From Kofleriaceae bacterium (GTDB lineage: Bacteria > Myxococcota_A > Polyangia > Haliangiales > Haliangiaceae): 39,519 nt of DNA. The position numbers and the translations under genes are program-made. Below are positions 10,522 to 20,170 of the stretch, piece after piece. The stretch's first letter is position 1. Each line of letters opens with the position of its first letter. The notes beneath the pieces are model-generated. The model was not told the origin of the DNA. It worked only from the letters and a program-made list of their open reading frames with translations, and did no database searches. The stretch covers positions 1-39,519 of the forward strand of contig DASUFX010000042.1 of assembly GCA_036274355.1 (NCBI GenBank), written 5' to 3'.

Positions 10522-12384
10522 GTGATCCGACGCTCGCTCCGTTATGCCGAAGAGCTAACGGACGCCGTCAAGCAGCAGCTCGCGCTTGCCTACACGGCAA
10601 AGGACTTGCTCGCGTTCGGACTGCGCTCGCGCATGCGCGAGGGCTACTCCAGGAAGGACTTCCGCTCCGACCTGATGGCCGCGCTCGTGGTCGGCGTCGT
10701 CGCGCTCCCGCTATCGATGGCGCTCGCGATCGCGTGCGACGTGCCGCCGCAACACGGCCTCTACACGGCGATCGTTGCCGGCGTCGTGTGCTCGCTACTC
10801 GGCGGCACGTACTTCCAGGTCACCGGCCCGACGGCGGCGTTTGTCGTGATCTTGTTGCCGATCGTCCACAAGTTCGGCGTCGGAGGCTTGCTGGTCGCCG
10901 GCATGTTGGCTGGTCTCATGCTCGTCGGCATGGGCTTGGCCAGGCTCGGCAAGCTCATGCAGTTCGTGCCGCATCCAGTGACGAGCGGCTTCACGATGGG
11001 CATCGCGATCGTGATCGGCGTCCTGCAGCTCAAGGACGTGTTTGGCGTCAAGTTGCCGCGCACCGAGGGCGTGTTCGAGTACTTCGGAGCGCTGATCGAC
11101 GCGCGCCATGCCTTCAACTTCTGGGACGTCGGCGTCGCCGTCATCACGCTCGTGATGCTGCTGATGCTACCGAGGATCATCAAACGCATCCCGGTGCCAC
11201 TGATCGCACTCGTCGTCGCGGCGCTGCTCGTGGTCGTCGTCGGCCATTTCGCGCCCGAGAGCTGGGGCTTCCACGTCACGACCATCGGGTCGAAGTTCAC
11301 GTACCCGCTCGGCGGCGGTGAGGTCGGCCACGGCATTCCGCCGCTGCCGCCGCTTCCCGTGCTGCCATGGCAGGTCGCCGATCCGGGCCATCCACCGTTC
11401 GACCTCAACCTGCAGGTCATCCGCGAGCTGCTGCCGTCGGCCTTCGCGATCGCGATGCTCGGTGCGATCGAGTCGCTCATGGCCGCCGTCGTCGCCGACG
11501 GTATGGGCGGCAGCCGCCACGATCCGAACGCGGAGCTGATCGCACTCGGCGTCGGTAACATCATATGCCCGTTCTTCGGTGGCATCGCTGCGACCGGCGC
11601 GCTCGCGCGTACGGCCACGAACATCCGCGCAGGTGCCCGCTCACCGCTCGCTGCCTCGATGCACGCGATCTTCATTCTCGCCTGCACGATCGCGCTCGCA
11701 CCGCTCGTTTCGTACCTACCGATGGCGGCGCTTGCGGCGCTGTTGATCATCGTCGCGCGTAATATGTCCGAGGCGCGCCACTTCTTCCGGCTCGCGCGCA
11801 TTGCGCCGAAGCACGACGTGCTCGTGATGCTGACGTGCTTCACGCTCACGGTCGTGTTCGACATGGTGATCGCGGTGACCGTCGGTGTCGTGCTCGCAGC
11901 GCTGTTGTTCATGCGCCGGATGTCGGTGCTCACCCAGGTCGAGCTCGAGACGCCGACTACTCTCAAGATCGATGTACCGCCTGGGATTCGCGTCTACGAG
12001 ATCGCCGGCCCACTGTTCTTCGGCGCCGCGAAGAGCGCGATGGAGGCGCTCCACACGGTCGGCGACAAGGACCACACGTACGTCCTCGACATGCAACACG
12101 TGCCGGCGGTGGATGCGACTGGCCTCGTCGCCATCGAGTCCATGATGGATCGTTTGCATCGCTCGAAGATCAAGATCATCTTCGCCGGTCTGTCGACGGA
12201 GATGAGCGACCTGTTCGCGCGCGCGGGCATCAAGCGCGAGCTCGGCAAGGTCGCGTATGCGCCGGATGTCGAGACGGCCGTGAGCATGGCGATCGTGCAC
12301 GCGGCGCGCACCGGCCGCCGGGCAGACACGTCGCCCTCGATGCGGATTCCGAAGGTCGACGACTCGGGTCAGCCGGCGGCCTAG
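10522..12384 (+). CDS. SulP family inorganic anion transporter with a C-terminal STAS domain
   Basis: Conserved SulP N-terminal motif (DLMAALVVGVVALPLSMALAIA), a multi-TM core and a STAS-like tail (VYEIAGPLFFGAA...VLDMQHVPAVDATGL). The start is uncertain among ATG 10462, GTG 10522 and ATG 10633. Third-position GC becomes coding-like from about codon 30. Confidence 0.9.
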   Translation: MIRRSLRYAEELTDAVKQQLALAYTAKDLLAFGLRSRMREGYSRKDFRSDLMAALVVGVVALPLSMALAIACDVPPQHGLYTAIVAGVVCSLLGGTYFQVTGPTAAFVVILLPIVHKFGVGGLLVAGMLAGLMLVGMGLARLGKLMQFVPHPVTSGFTMGIAIVIGVLQLKDVFGVKLPRTEGVFEYFGALIDARHAFNFWDVGVAVITLVMLLMLPRIIKRIPVPLIALVVAALLVVVVGHFAPESWGFHVTTIGSKFTYPLGGGEVGHGIPPLPPLPVLPWQVADPGHPPFDLNLQVIRELLPSAFAIAMLGAIESLMAAVVADGMGGSRHDPNAELIALGVGNIICPFFGGIAATGALARTATNIRAGARSPLAASMHAIFILACTIALAPLVSYLPMAALAALLIIVARNMSEARHFFRLARIAPKHDVLVMLTCFTLTVVFDMVIAVTVGVVLAALLFMRRMSVLTQVELETPTTLKIDVPPGIRVYEIAGPLFFGAAKSAMEALHTVGDKDHTYVLDMQHVPAVDATGLVAIESMMDRLHRSKIKIIFAGLSTEMSDLFARAGIKRELGKVAYAPDVETAVSMAIVHAARTGRRADTSPSMRIPKVDDSGQPAA

Positions 12385-15300
12385 CGCGCGGGCGGTCCGG
12401 CTTCGAGAATCGCGGAGCCCGACTGATCCGAGGACACGAGGATCGCGAACTTCTCGACGTGATCGAGATCGTTCGTCGATAGGCTCGCGTAGTCGAACCA
12501 ACCGCGCAGGTCGGTGTAGCCGTCCTTGTAGAAAGCGACGGCGCCACCGTGCTTCTGCGCGTAGACCTTCACGTACGTCGCAGCAAGCGCCGCATGATCC
12601 GACGCACGCTGGACGCGGACCTGGCCGTACTGATGCGCGACGTACGTCGCGAGATCGTTTGCGTAGTGGATGCGTGCCTTGCGTTGCCCGACGCCGACGG
12701 CTTCGACGACGACATTCTTGCCGCGCAGCGCCGGCGGCCACGCGACGCGATGCTCGGCCGGCGGGTTCGTCAGGTATTCGCGATGGCCGGGCTCGATGAA
12801 CGAGAACCGCGACACGTCGCTCTGCACGAACGGCTGGCGCGAGAACAACAGCTCGACGTCCATCTCGAAGAACCGCAGCTCGAGACTGGTGACGTGCTGG
12901 TTGCGGATCAGCACGCCCTCGCGATCGAGCGCGATGTCGAACGTCGGCTGTTTGGCAGCGAGCTCGGCCTGCTGCTGATCGCGGCTGAGCGCGTCGACGA
13001 CGCTCGGTGCTGCGCCGGTTAGCTCGTCGAGCATGTTCGCGAGCGCGGAGAACTTGTGACTCCAGCGATCGACGCGCAACTCGCGCCAGCGCGCCGTGAG
13101 CTCGCGCGCGCGCGTGATGTCGCCGATCAGGCACGAGGTGTACGCGGCGAGATAATCATGCTGCATGCGATCGGCGAGCTGCGTGACGTCGACACGACCG
13201 AGCGCGGCGAGTGCACCGTCCGCACGATCTTGCGCGAGCAAGTAGTGCGCGGCGGCGAGCATATCTTCGCTCGTCGGCAGCGGGCGATGCGCGACCAGCT
13301 CGAGGAAGCGAGTGTACTGCGCGGCGAGGCCGTCGTTGAGGATGCGCAGCTTCGGGCCGAGCCGGTGCGCGCGCGCGTTGATCAGCGGCGCGAGCTCGAG
13401 ATGCTCGTAGCCGTCGAGTGCTTCGGCGTCGAGGCCGAGGACGGGCATGTCGAGCACCGGGCCCGCGCCGAGCAGTGCGGCGCCGAGCGCACGCGCCCAG
13501 ATGTGAATGCGCGGCGGATCGCGGTGGAGGAGCGCGTAGCCCCAGAGGACGGGGGCGTAGACGCGACGCCGTTCGAGCGCGCCGAGGATCGCGTCGTACG
13601 CCGCGCGATCGCGCAGGCGCCACGCGACGCGTTCGAGATCGACGTCGGCCAAGCTCTGCTGATCGAGGAACGCGACGACGTCGGCGACCGATCCACGCTG
13701 CGAGATGTGCGCCCACGACTGCGGATCGAGCACGTCGCCGCCGAGGGTGACCTCGAGCACGCGACCCGGCGCCGCCGCAACGATCGCGCCACCGCGGCTG
13801 ACGTGCACCGGGAAGTGTCCATAGCGACCCGGCGCCGGGAAGTAGAACGCGTACTCGTGTCCGTGCGTGCCGTACGGATCGAGCGCGATGTCGAGCGTCT
13901 GGGTCGCCAGCGCACCCGCGAGGGAAATGCTGCCGCGCGGAATCTGGATCAGCGCCGCGATCCGTTGGCGCGAGCTCGTCGGGTTCGCGAGCACGACCTG
14001 ACACGTGTAGACGACGCCGGCGATGAACGAGCCCTCGATGTACTTGTCGACCTGCTCGCCATCGACGTAGCGATAGCGGTCGTCGGTGCGCACGTAGCTC
14101 TGCCCGACGACGAGTGGCGCGCCGGTTTCGACGAGCTCACCCGGCACGAGTTGCGATGTACCGGCGAGTGTGTTCGCGGCGGCCGTGATCGTCAGGCGCG
14201 GGCCATCGGGCGCGAGCTGGTGCGAGCCCGCGACGAACGGCAGGTCGACCAGTGCGAGCGCACACATCGCCTCGGCGAAGTTGTTCGTGGCCAGGCCGAG
14301 CCACTGCGACAGAAATACGCCGTCGCGATGCAACGCGAGATCGCGCCAGAGGCGGTTTGGTTCGATCAGGTCCGCGCCGCTCTGCTGCGGTGTCTGGTGC
14401 CACCAGTTATTCTCGGCCCACTCCTGCGTCTTGTCGACGACGCGGTACATCGGCGCCTCGGCGCGACGGCGCTCGAGGTCCATGTCGAGCGCGTCGTATT
14501 CCTCCTCGGCGGCGATGCTCTTCGACATCTTCTTCGCCTCGGCACGTCGCTTCGGCGCAGGCGCCGGCGGCGCTTGTGGAGCAGCCATCGTTGCGACCTC
14601 GGCCATCACCATCGTCTGGCGCGTCGTGACCGCATGTTGCTGTAGAGTCTGCAGCTCGCTTCCGCCTTCGAGCGTCGACGCACCGAGCAGCGCATCGATG
14701 ATCCGTGTGTCGAGCTCGGGATTCGGCGGCTGCACGCCGACTTCGTCCGCGAGTTGGCGCACGAGTGCGGCGTCACCGAGCAGTCGCTGCGCGAGCAGGG
14801 CGCGCTCGACGGCATTGAGCCGGGCGAGCCGCATCGGTTCGAGGTATGAGGCGAGATCGACGTCGAGCAGCCAGTGATCGAGGAACGTCTTCGTGCGCTT
14901 GTGGACGAGGTAGGGCCGCACGACCGCGTCGAAGAACGCGCGGTCCTTGCAGTAGAGGAACAGGTGCAGCTCGTGGCACGCGTATTTCGAGTACAGCTCG
15001 CGGCGCTCGGTATCGGCGAGAGTGTGCCAGCGCGTGACGAAGCTGAATTCGCGTAGCGTCGCGTCGTCGCGAAGCGCGAGCAGATAGGCATGCGCGCGCT
15101 CGACGGAATCGATCAGGTGCAGCTTCGCGGTCGCGAGGTCCTCGATCACGATCGCATTGCCCGGCAACAGCGGACGGATCGTCTTGTGCTGGGTGACGTG
15201 GCTCTCCGGAGCGAGCGCGATGTGCAGGCGCAGGTCGCGCGTTGCGAGTGGCGACTCGGCGAGTGCGAGATGACGGCGGCTGGTGCCCGCCGGATCGTCG

Positions 15301-18300
15301 ACGATCACGCTCACGCTTGTCGCGTTGCCGAGCTCGGCGAGCGGAAGCGTCAGCGCGCCATGTGCATCGACGGTGAGATTCGCGAATACGCGTGCGGGCT
15401 CGGCGAGAAAGTCGTAACCGAGGTACGCCGATTCGTCGACGGCAGGTTCGCCCCGCGCTTGCATCGGTCCGCCATAACCGGCGCCGGGTGCTCCTCCGGG
15501 CGCAGCGGCGAACGCACGTCCGGCCGCCGCGACCGCGACGTCCGTGCTTGTCGTGCGCCGCGCCCATGGATTGAGCAAGAGGCTCGGCTTGTCGAGCAAC
15601 AGGCTCGGGAAGCGACGCGCGTTGCGCCGCTCCAGCACGTAGCGATACTCGTCACCGAGCTCGCGGCCGGATACATAGAGCGCACCGCGCGCGCGATCGA
15701 TGCGATAGAGCGGCGTGCGCAGCCGGTACTCGGGCTTCGCGAACGGCGCAGACACGAAGCGTGTCGCGATCACGTGCACGCGGGTCCGCGACGACGCTCC
15801 AACGACCCGCACGTGCAACGCATCACTTGCGGTCAGCTCGGCGATCACCGGTGCGAGCCTCGAGACGCCGACCGTCTCACCCGGTGCCAGGATATGGCCG
15901 CTGATCTCGGTGCCCGCGGCGACGCGGATGATCACCTCGGAGAGGCCGGGCGCGCGCACGGCGTATTCACCGACGAGCAGGCCGCGCACGACGATGCCGC
16001 CGGTGAGCGGCTCGAGCGTCACGTTCGGATGCCGCACCGGATATCCGCCCCGCACTTCGACAATCGACGCTCGGCTGATCACGTCGTGCGCATCGCGGTC
16101 GGGCGGCAACGCGATCGCGATCTCGGTGTCGGGCGCGACCTGGATCGTCTGTGCGGGCCGGCCGCCGCTCGTCAGCCACCAGGTTTGCGGAACGCTGCCG
16201 AACGTCGCCGTGATCCGCTCGATGCCGGGCAGCTCGCCGAGCTCGCAGCGGCCGTGCGCGTCGGTCGCGAGCTCGACGTTCAGCTGGGTGCGCGCCCAGC
16301 GGTGAACGAGCGTGACGGTCAGCGAGCGCTGCGCACGGGGTTCGCCGGTCTTGCCCAACGCCGACAGCACCCAGCCACTCGCGGTGTGCGCGAGGTAGAG
16401 CGCGTCGGTCGCGAGCCCGCCATGCATGCTGGCGAGACTCGCGCGCTGGACTGCCGACAGGTCGAGATCCCGCTGCTCGCTGACAACGCGTAGCTTGCCG
16501 CTGACGCGCACCATGATCTGGTCGGTCGCTTCGCCGACGGGAATGTCGAGTACGGCCGCGTCGTCGTCGGAGAGCGTGAGCGGCTGCTGCTTCGTCGTCG
16601 GCACCCCGTGGCGGTCGGTGAGCGTGATCTCCCAGCGCGGCTGTTCGAGCGCCGCGAGTGAGACGGGCTGGCCGGACACGGTGAGCTGCACGCGCGCGAT
16701 TGCATGCGCGGTCGCGCCGCTGATCAGCGCCTGGCGATCGACGTGGAGATCGAGCGTGAGGTCGTACTGCTCGCGGACGAGATCGAGGTACTGGACCGTC
16801 GCGATGTCGCCGCATGACAACAGCATCGGGGTGCGCGTTGGCGACGTCGAGAACGGCACGACGAACGTGCCGTTCGGATCGGGGATGTATTCGCGATCGC
16901 CGATCCACGCGCGCGTATCGGCGCGCAGCCGGCCCTGTTCGTCGACGACCGTGACCGCGTGACCGGCAGCTCCGATGCGTGCGACGTGTCGCAAGCGCCC
17001 TTTGTGGATCACCGCGCGGCTCGACATGCCGTTGCCGATCAGATCGATGACGTAGCTGCCGCCACGCGTGCACATCGGCAGCTCGATGCGGCGGCGCACG
17101 CGGCGAATCGGCGGCTCGCTGTAGCGGAGCACGAGCTCGTGACTCGCGGCGAGCCCGTCGAGGTCGACGTCGGTCGAGATTTCTTTGCGGTTCGTCTGGA
17201 AGTACGCGAGCGGATCGATCCGGAACACCTTCACGACGAGCTCGGGAACGTTCTTGACGTCGGCTTCGAGAATGATCGGTTCGTCGACGGCAAATCGCGT
17301 CGGGTTGTGCAAGCACCATACGAGATCGACGCGGTCGCGCAACGCGGCGGCACGCGTCGGACCGAGCACGAGGGTCGCGCGATCGGTGTCACCCGCACCG
17401 TTGAGCAGCTGCGCGGTCGCGATCTCGCCGTCGAGCCACGTGCGATCGAGCCACTGCGCGTATTGCTCGGCGTCGCCCCGCGTCACGACCTGGCGCTGCA
17501 GGTAATCGCGCACGAGCGCTTCGTCGTCACCGGCCGGCGGCAACCCGGTCACATTGCGCCAGTCGACACCACGCGCCGCGATCTCGTCGCTGCGCTTTCC
17601 GTTCAGCCAGTCGCGCGCGACGTACGCAGCCGAGCGCGGCAGCTGCAGATACTCGGCGAACAGGCCGGAATCGACAGGCGCGTTGCGCTGGCGCAGCGTA
17701 TCGAGCAAGTGCCACAGCACGTGCTCCTTGAGCCCGTTGTTCGTGGCGGGCAGAGGACGCAGGAACTGCCACAGCTCGCGCAGATACGCCTCGCGCGCGT
17801 CGCGGTCGAGCTCGATATCGACGCCGGCCGGCGGCCGCATCCGGCGCACGACGGCTTCGACCCACGCGCGGTTCGTCAGCAGCTTGGTGTCGAGCTTCAC
17901 GAGCGCGTGCAGTTGATCGAGCGTGAGCTGGTGATGGAGGTTGAGCGAGCCGAAGCCACCCGAGCCGCGCGCTTCGAGATCCTCGTGGATGAGCGTGACG
18001 AGTCGCTCGTGTGGCGTGTGGCCGATCCGCGATAGCAGCGCGCGGCGTTGCGTGGCGTCGAGCGTGCGATCGAGCAGCTCGTAGAGGCCTTCGTCGGTGA
18101 CCTGCGAGAGGTCGGTCCAGCTCATCGCTTCGGTCAACAGCTTGTCGCCGGTGAACGCGCCGGCCGCGAGCTTCGTCGGCCGCGACGGGTCGACATCTGG
18201 GGCGTCGGCTTCGTGCCAGTGCGAGACGCCGTAGAGGTCACGGATGTCGTCGGCGGCGGTATCGGGGCTCGTGCCGAGCCGGTACCAGAACTGGCGCAGC

Positions 18301-18500
18301 CGCATCCGCCGATAGCGCTCGGTATCGCCGTGCCGCTCGTGCCACGCGTCGAGAATTACTTGTGCTTCGTCGAAGGCCCCGCGGTGCTGCGCGTGCAGGC
18401 ACCGGTAGTAGTCGTGGTCTTCGCTTCCCGGAAGTAGCTGCGAAAGCGCGGCCGCACGATTGTCAGCCAGGGCTAGCGCTTCGAGGGTCTCCAACTCCAT
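12381..18500 (-). CDS. Giant (2039 aa) cytoplasmic protein of unknown function
   Basis: Uninterrupted ORF with consistent coding bias. ATG start at 18500. No signal peptide or TM helix. By eye I find no Walker A, HExxH or CxEQ thioester motif. See findings. Confidence 0.85.
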   Translation of the reverse strand: MELETLEALALADNRAAALSQLLPGSEDHDYYRCLHAQHRGAFDEAQVILDAWHERHGDTERYRRMRLRQFWYRLGTSPDTAADDIRDLYGVSHWHEADAPDVDPSRPTKLAAGAFTGDKLLTEAMSWTDLSQVTDEGLYELLDRTLDATQRRALLSRIGHTPHERLVTLIHEDLEARGSGGFGSLNLHHQLTLDQLHALVKLDTKLLTNRAWVEAVVRRMRPPAGVDIELDRDAREAYLRELWQFLRPLPATNNGLKEHVLWHLLDTLRQRNAPVDSGLFAEYLQLPRSAAYVARDWLNGKRSDEIAARGVDWRNVTGLPPAGDDEALVRDYLQRQVVTRGDAEQYAQWLDRTWLDGEIATAQLLNGAGDTDRATLVLGPTRAAALRDRVDLVWCLHNPTRFAVDEPIILEADVKNVPELVVKVFRIDPLAYFQTNRKEISTDVDLDGLAASHELVLRYSEPPIRRVRRRIELPMCTRGGSYVIDLIGNGMSSRAVIHKGRLRHVARIGAAGHAVTVVDEQGRLRADTRAWIGDREYIPDPNGTFVVPFSTSPTRTPMLLSCGDIATVQYLDLVREQYDLTLDLHVDRQALISGATAHAIARVQLTVSGQPVSLAALEQPRWEITLTDRHGVPTTKQQPLTLSDDDAAVLDIPVGEATDQIMVRVSGKLRVVSEQRDLDLSAVQRASLASMHGGLATDALYLAHTASGWVLSALGKTGEPRAQRSLTVTLVHRWARTQLNVELATDAHGRCELGELPGIERITATFGSVPQTWWLTSGGRPAQTIQVAPDTEIAIALPPDRDAHDVISRASIVEVRGGYPVRHPNVTLEPLTGGIVVRGLLVGEYAVRAPGLSEVIIRVAAGTEISGHILAPGETVGVSRLAPVIAELTASDALHVRVVGASSRTRVHVIATRFVSAPFAKPEYRLRTPLYRIDRARGALYVSGRELGDEYRYVLERRNARRFPSLLLDKPSLLLNPWARRTTSTDVAVAAAGRAFAAAPGGAPGAGYGGPMQARGEPAVDESAYLGYDFLAEPARVFANLTVDAHGALTLPLAELGNATSVSVIVDDPAGTSRRHLALAESPLATRDLRLHIALAPESHVTQHKTIRPLLPGNAIVIEDLATAKLHLIDSVERAHAYLLALRDDATLREFSFVTRWHTLADTERRELYSKYACHELHLFLYCKDRAFFDAVVRPYLVHKRTKTFLDHWLLDVDLASYLEPMRLARLNAVERALLAQRLLGDAALVRQLADEVGVQPPNPELDTRIIDALLGASTLEGGSELQTLQQHAVTTRQTMVMAEVATMAAPQAPPAPAPKRRAEAKKMSKSIAAEEEYDALDMDLERRRAEAPMYRVVDKTQEWAENNWWHQTPQQSGADLIEPNRLWRDLALHRDGVFLSQWLGLATNNFAEAMCALALVDLPFVAGSHQLAPDGPRLTITAAANTLAGTSQLVPGELVETGAPLVVGQSYVRTDDRYRYVDGEQVDKYIEGSFIAGVVYTCQVVLANPTSSRQRIAALIQIPRGSISLAGALATQTLDIALDPYGTHGHEYAFYFPAPGRYGHFPVHVSRGGAIVAAAPGRVLEVTLGGDVLDPQSWAHISQRGSVADVVAFLDQQSLADVDLERVAWRLRDRAAYDAILGALERRRVYAPVLWGYALLHRDPPRIHIWARALGAALLGAGPVLDMPVLGLDAEALDGYEHLELAPLINARAHRLGPKLRILNDGLAAQYTRFLELVAHRPLPTSEDMLAAAHYLLAQDRADGALAALGRVDVTQLADRMQHDYLAAYTSCLIGDITRARELTARWRELRVDRWSHKFSALANMLDELTGAAPSVVDALSRDQQQAELAAKQPTFDIALDREGVLIRNQHVTSLELRFFEMDVELLFSRQPFVQSDVSRFSFIEPGHREYLTNPPAEHRVAWPPALRGKNVVVEAVGVGQRKARIHYANDLATYVAHQYGQVRVQRASDHAALAATYVKVYAQKHGGAVAFYKDGYTDLRGWFDYASLSTNDLDHVEKFAILVSSDQSGSAILEAGPPAR

Positions 18501-18530
18501 CGCCGGAGCGTATCTGGTAACGTCGACACG

Positions 18531-19274
18531 ATGTCACGGGTGCTGCTGATCCTCTTGCTCGTCGCGGGAGTAGCGTCGGTCGACGCTGCTCCGAGCAAGA
18601 GCGACGCCGCCGAGACGAAGACGAAGAAGAAGAAGCGCAAGAAGAAGAAAGAGAAGGACGATCGCACGCCGAACAAGCGCACGAAGGCGAACATGCCGCG
18701 CGGGTTCGTGTGGCCACCGTCGAAGACGATGGAGGAAGCGGCCGACGCATGCGAGCTGCAGCTCGACGAGCTCGGGGTCGCATACGAGACGGCTGCGCCA
18801 GCGGGCAAGATCGTGCGCCCGCTGAAGATCAGCGGCGACATCGCAGGCATCACGTACACGTCGCTGAACGGCCGGAACCAGACGTTCGACTGCCAGCTCG
18901 TGCTCACGCTCGCGAACTTCGCGCCGAAGCTGCAAGAGCTCGGCATCAAGGAAGTGAAGTTCGGCAGCGCGTTCCGCTACACGAAGGTGCGCGTCGGCGG
19001 CAAGACGAAGAACGTCCTGTCGCGCCACGCGCTCGGCATTGCGCTCGACGTCTACGCGTTCGTCGATAGCGAGGGCCACGAGGCGAACGTCCACCACGAT
19101 TACAAGCGCGGAGATGAGCTGCTCCACGAGCTCGAGCGCACCGCGAACAACAGCGGCATGTTCCGCATCTTGCTCACGCCGCGCAACGATCCGAAGTCGC
19201 ACTACGATCACTTCCACTTCGAAGCGAACCCCGACTACGCGAACGAGCTCACGGCGGAGAAGCCGGCCTCATGA
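18531..19274 (+). CDS. Secreted extensin-like C-terminal domain protein (LAS/M15-like metal-binding fold) with a poly-Lys tract
   Basis: Signal peptide (LLILLLVAGVASVDA), a KKKKRKKKKEK tract, SRHALGIALDV and HYDHFHFE. These resemble the H..D and HxH motifs of the extensin-like_C family. Confidence 0.8.
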   Translation: MSRVLLILLLVAGVASVDAAPSKSDAAETKTKKKKRKKKKEKDDRTPNKRTKANMPRGFVWPPSKTMEEAADACELQLDELGVAYETAAPAGKIVRPLKISGDIAGITYTSLNGRNQTFDCQLVLTLANFAPKLQELGIKEVKFGSAFRYTKVRVGGKTKNVLSRHALGIALDVYAFVDSEGHEANVHHDYKRGDELLHELERTANNSGMFRILLTPRNDPKSHYDHFHFEANPDYANELTAEKPAS

Positions 19275-20167
19275 AGTTCGCCGCGCTCGCGTGCGCGTTG
19301 TTTGCGTGCGGCGGCGCGGGCGACGACGACATGATGGGCGGCCCCGACGGTGGCGTGACCGGCGGCGACGGCTCGATGACGACGGACGACAGCGGCATGC
19401 TGTGCATGAAGCCGGCGCTCGACCAGCCGTGGCTCGCAAACCTCGTCAGCGGCGCGGTGACCGGGCTCGCAGGCGCGCCGCGCTTCACGAACACGCAGCG
19501 CCAGACGGCGCGCACGTTCCTGCAGAACCAGCTGACGCAGATCGGCTGGACACCGCAGCTCCACAGCTACAACACGGGAGCCAACGTCTACGCGACGATT
19601 CCGTCGACGACCGGCGAGACGAAGCAGATCGTCGTCGGCGCGCACTTCGACACCGTGAGCGGCAGTCCGGGCGCGAACGACAATGCGACCGGTTCGGCCG
19701 CGGTGCTCGCAGTCGCGCGCTACCTCAAGGACATGAACTGCCGCAAATTCGCCGTCACCGTCGTGTTCTTCGACGAGGAAGAATCCGGCCTGTTCGGCAG
19801 CCGCGCGTTCGCGCACACGTTGCAGGTCGCGAACGTGCATGCCGTGCATACCGTCGATCAGGTCGGCTGGGATCAAGACAACGATCTGCGTTTCGAGCTC
19901 GAGCTACCGACCACGACGCTCGAGACCGAGTACCGCGCCGCTGCGCAGACGCTCGGCGTGCCCGTGACGAAGACGTCGACGCAGGGCACCGATCACCAAT
20001 CGTTTCGCGAGAAGGGATTTCCGGCGATGGGCCTCACCGAGGAGTACGTCGGCAACGACACGTCGCCGTACCGCCATATGGCGCAGGACACTGCCGCGAC
20101 CGTCGAGCAGAGCTACCTCCAGCTCGGCAGCAAGCTCGTCGCGCTCGCCGTGATGAACGAGCTGTAG
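19271..20167 (+). CDS. M28 family metallopeptidase lipoprotein
   Basis: Lipobox LFACGG. Motifs VVGAHFDTV, ANDNATGSAAVL and FFDEEESGLFGS (M28 zinc ligands). ATGA start/stop overlap with the upstream gene. Confidence 0.85.
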   Translation: MKFAALACALFACGGAGDDDMMGGPDGGVTGGDGSMTTDDSGMLCMKPALDQPWLANLVSGAVTGLAGAPRFTNTQRQTARTFLQNQLTQIGWTPQLHSYNTGANVYATIPSTTGETKQIVVGAHFDTVSGSPGANDNATGSAAVLAVARYLKDMNCRKFAVTVVFFDEEESGLFGSRAFAHTLQVANVHAVHTVDQVGWDQDNDLRFELELPTTTLETEYRAAAQTLGVPVTKTSTQGTDHQSFREKGFPAMGLTEEYVGNDTSPYRHMAQDTAATVEQSYLQLGSKLVALAVMNEL

Positions 20168-20170
20168 CGC

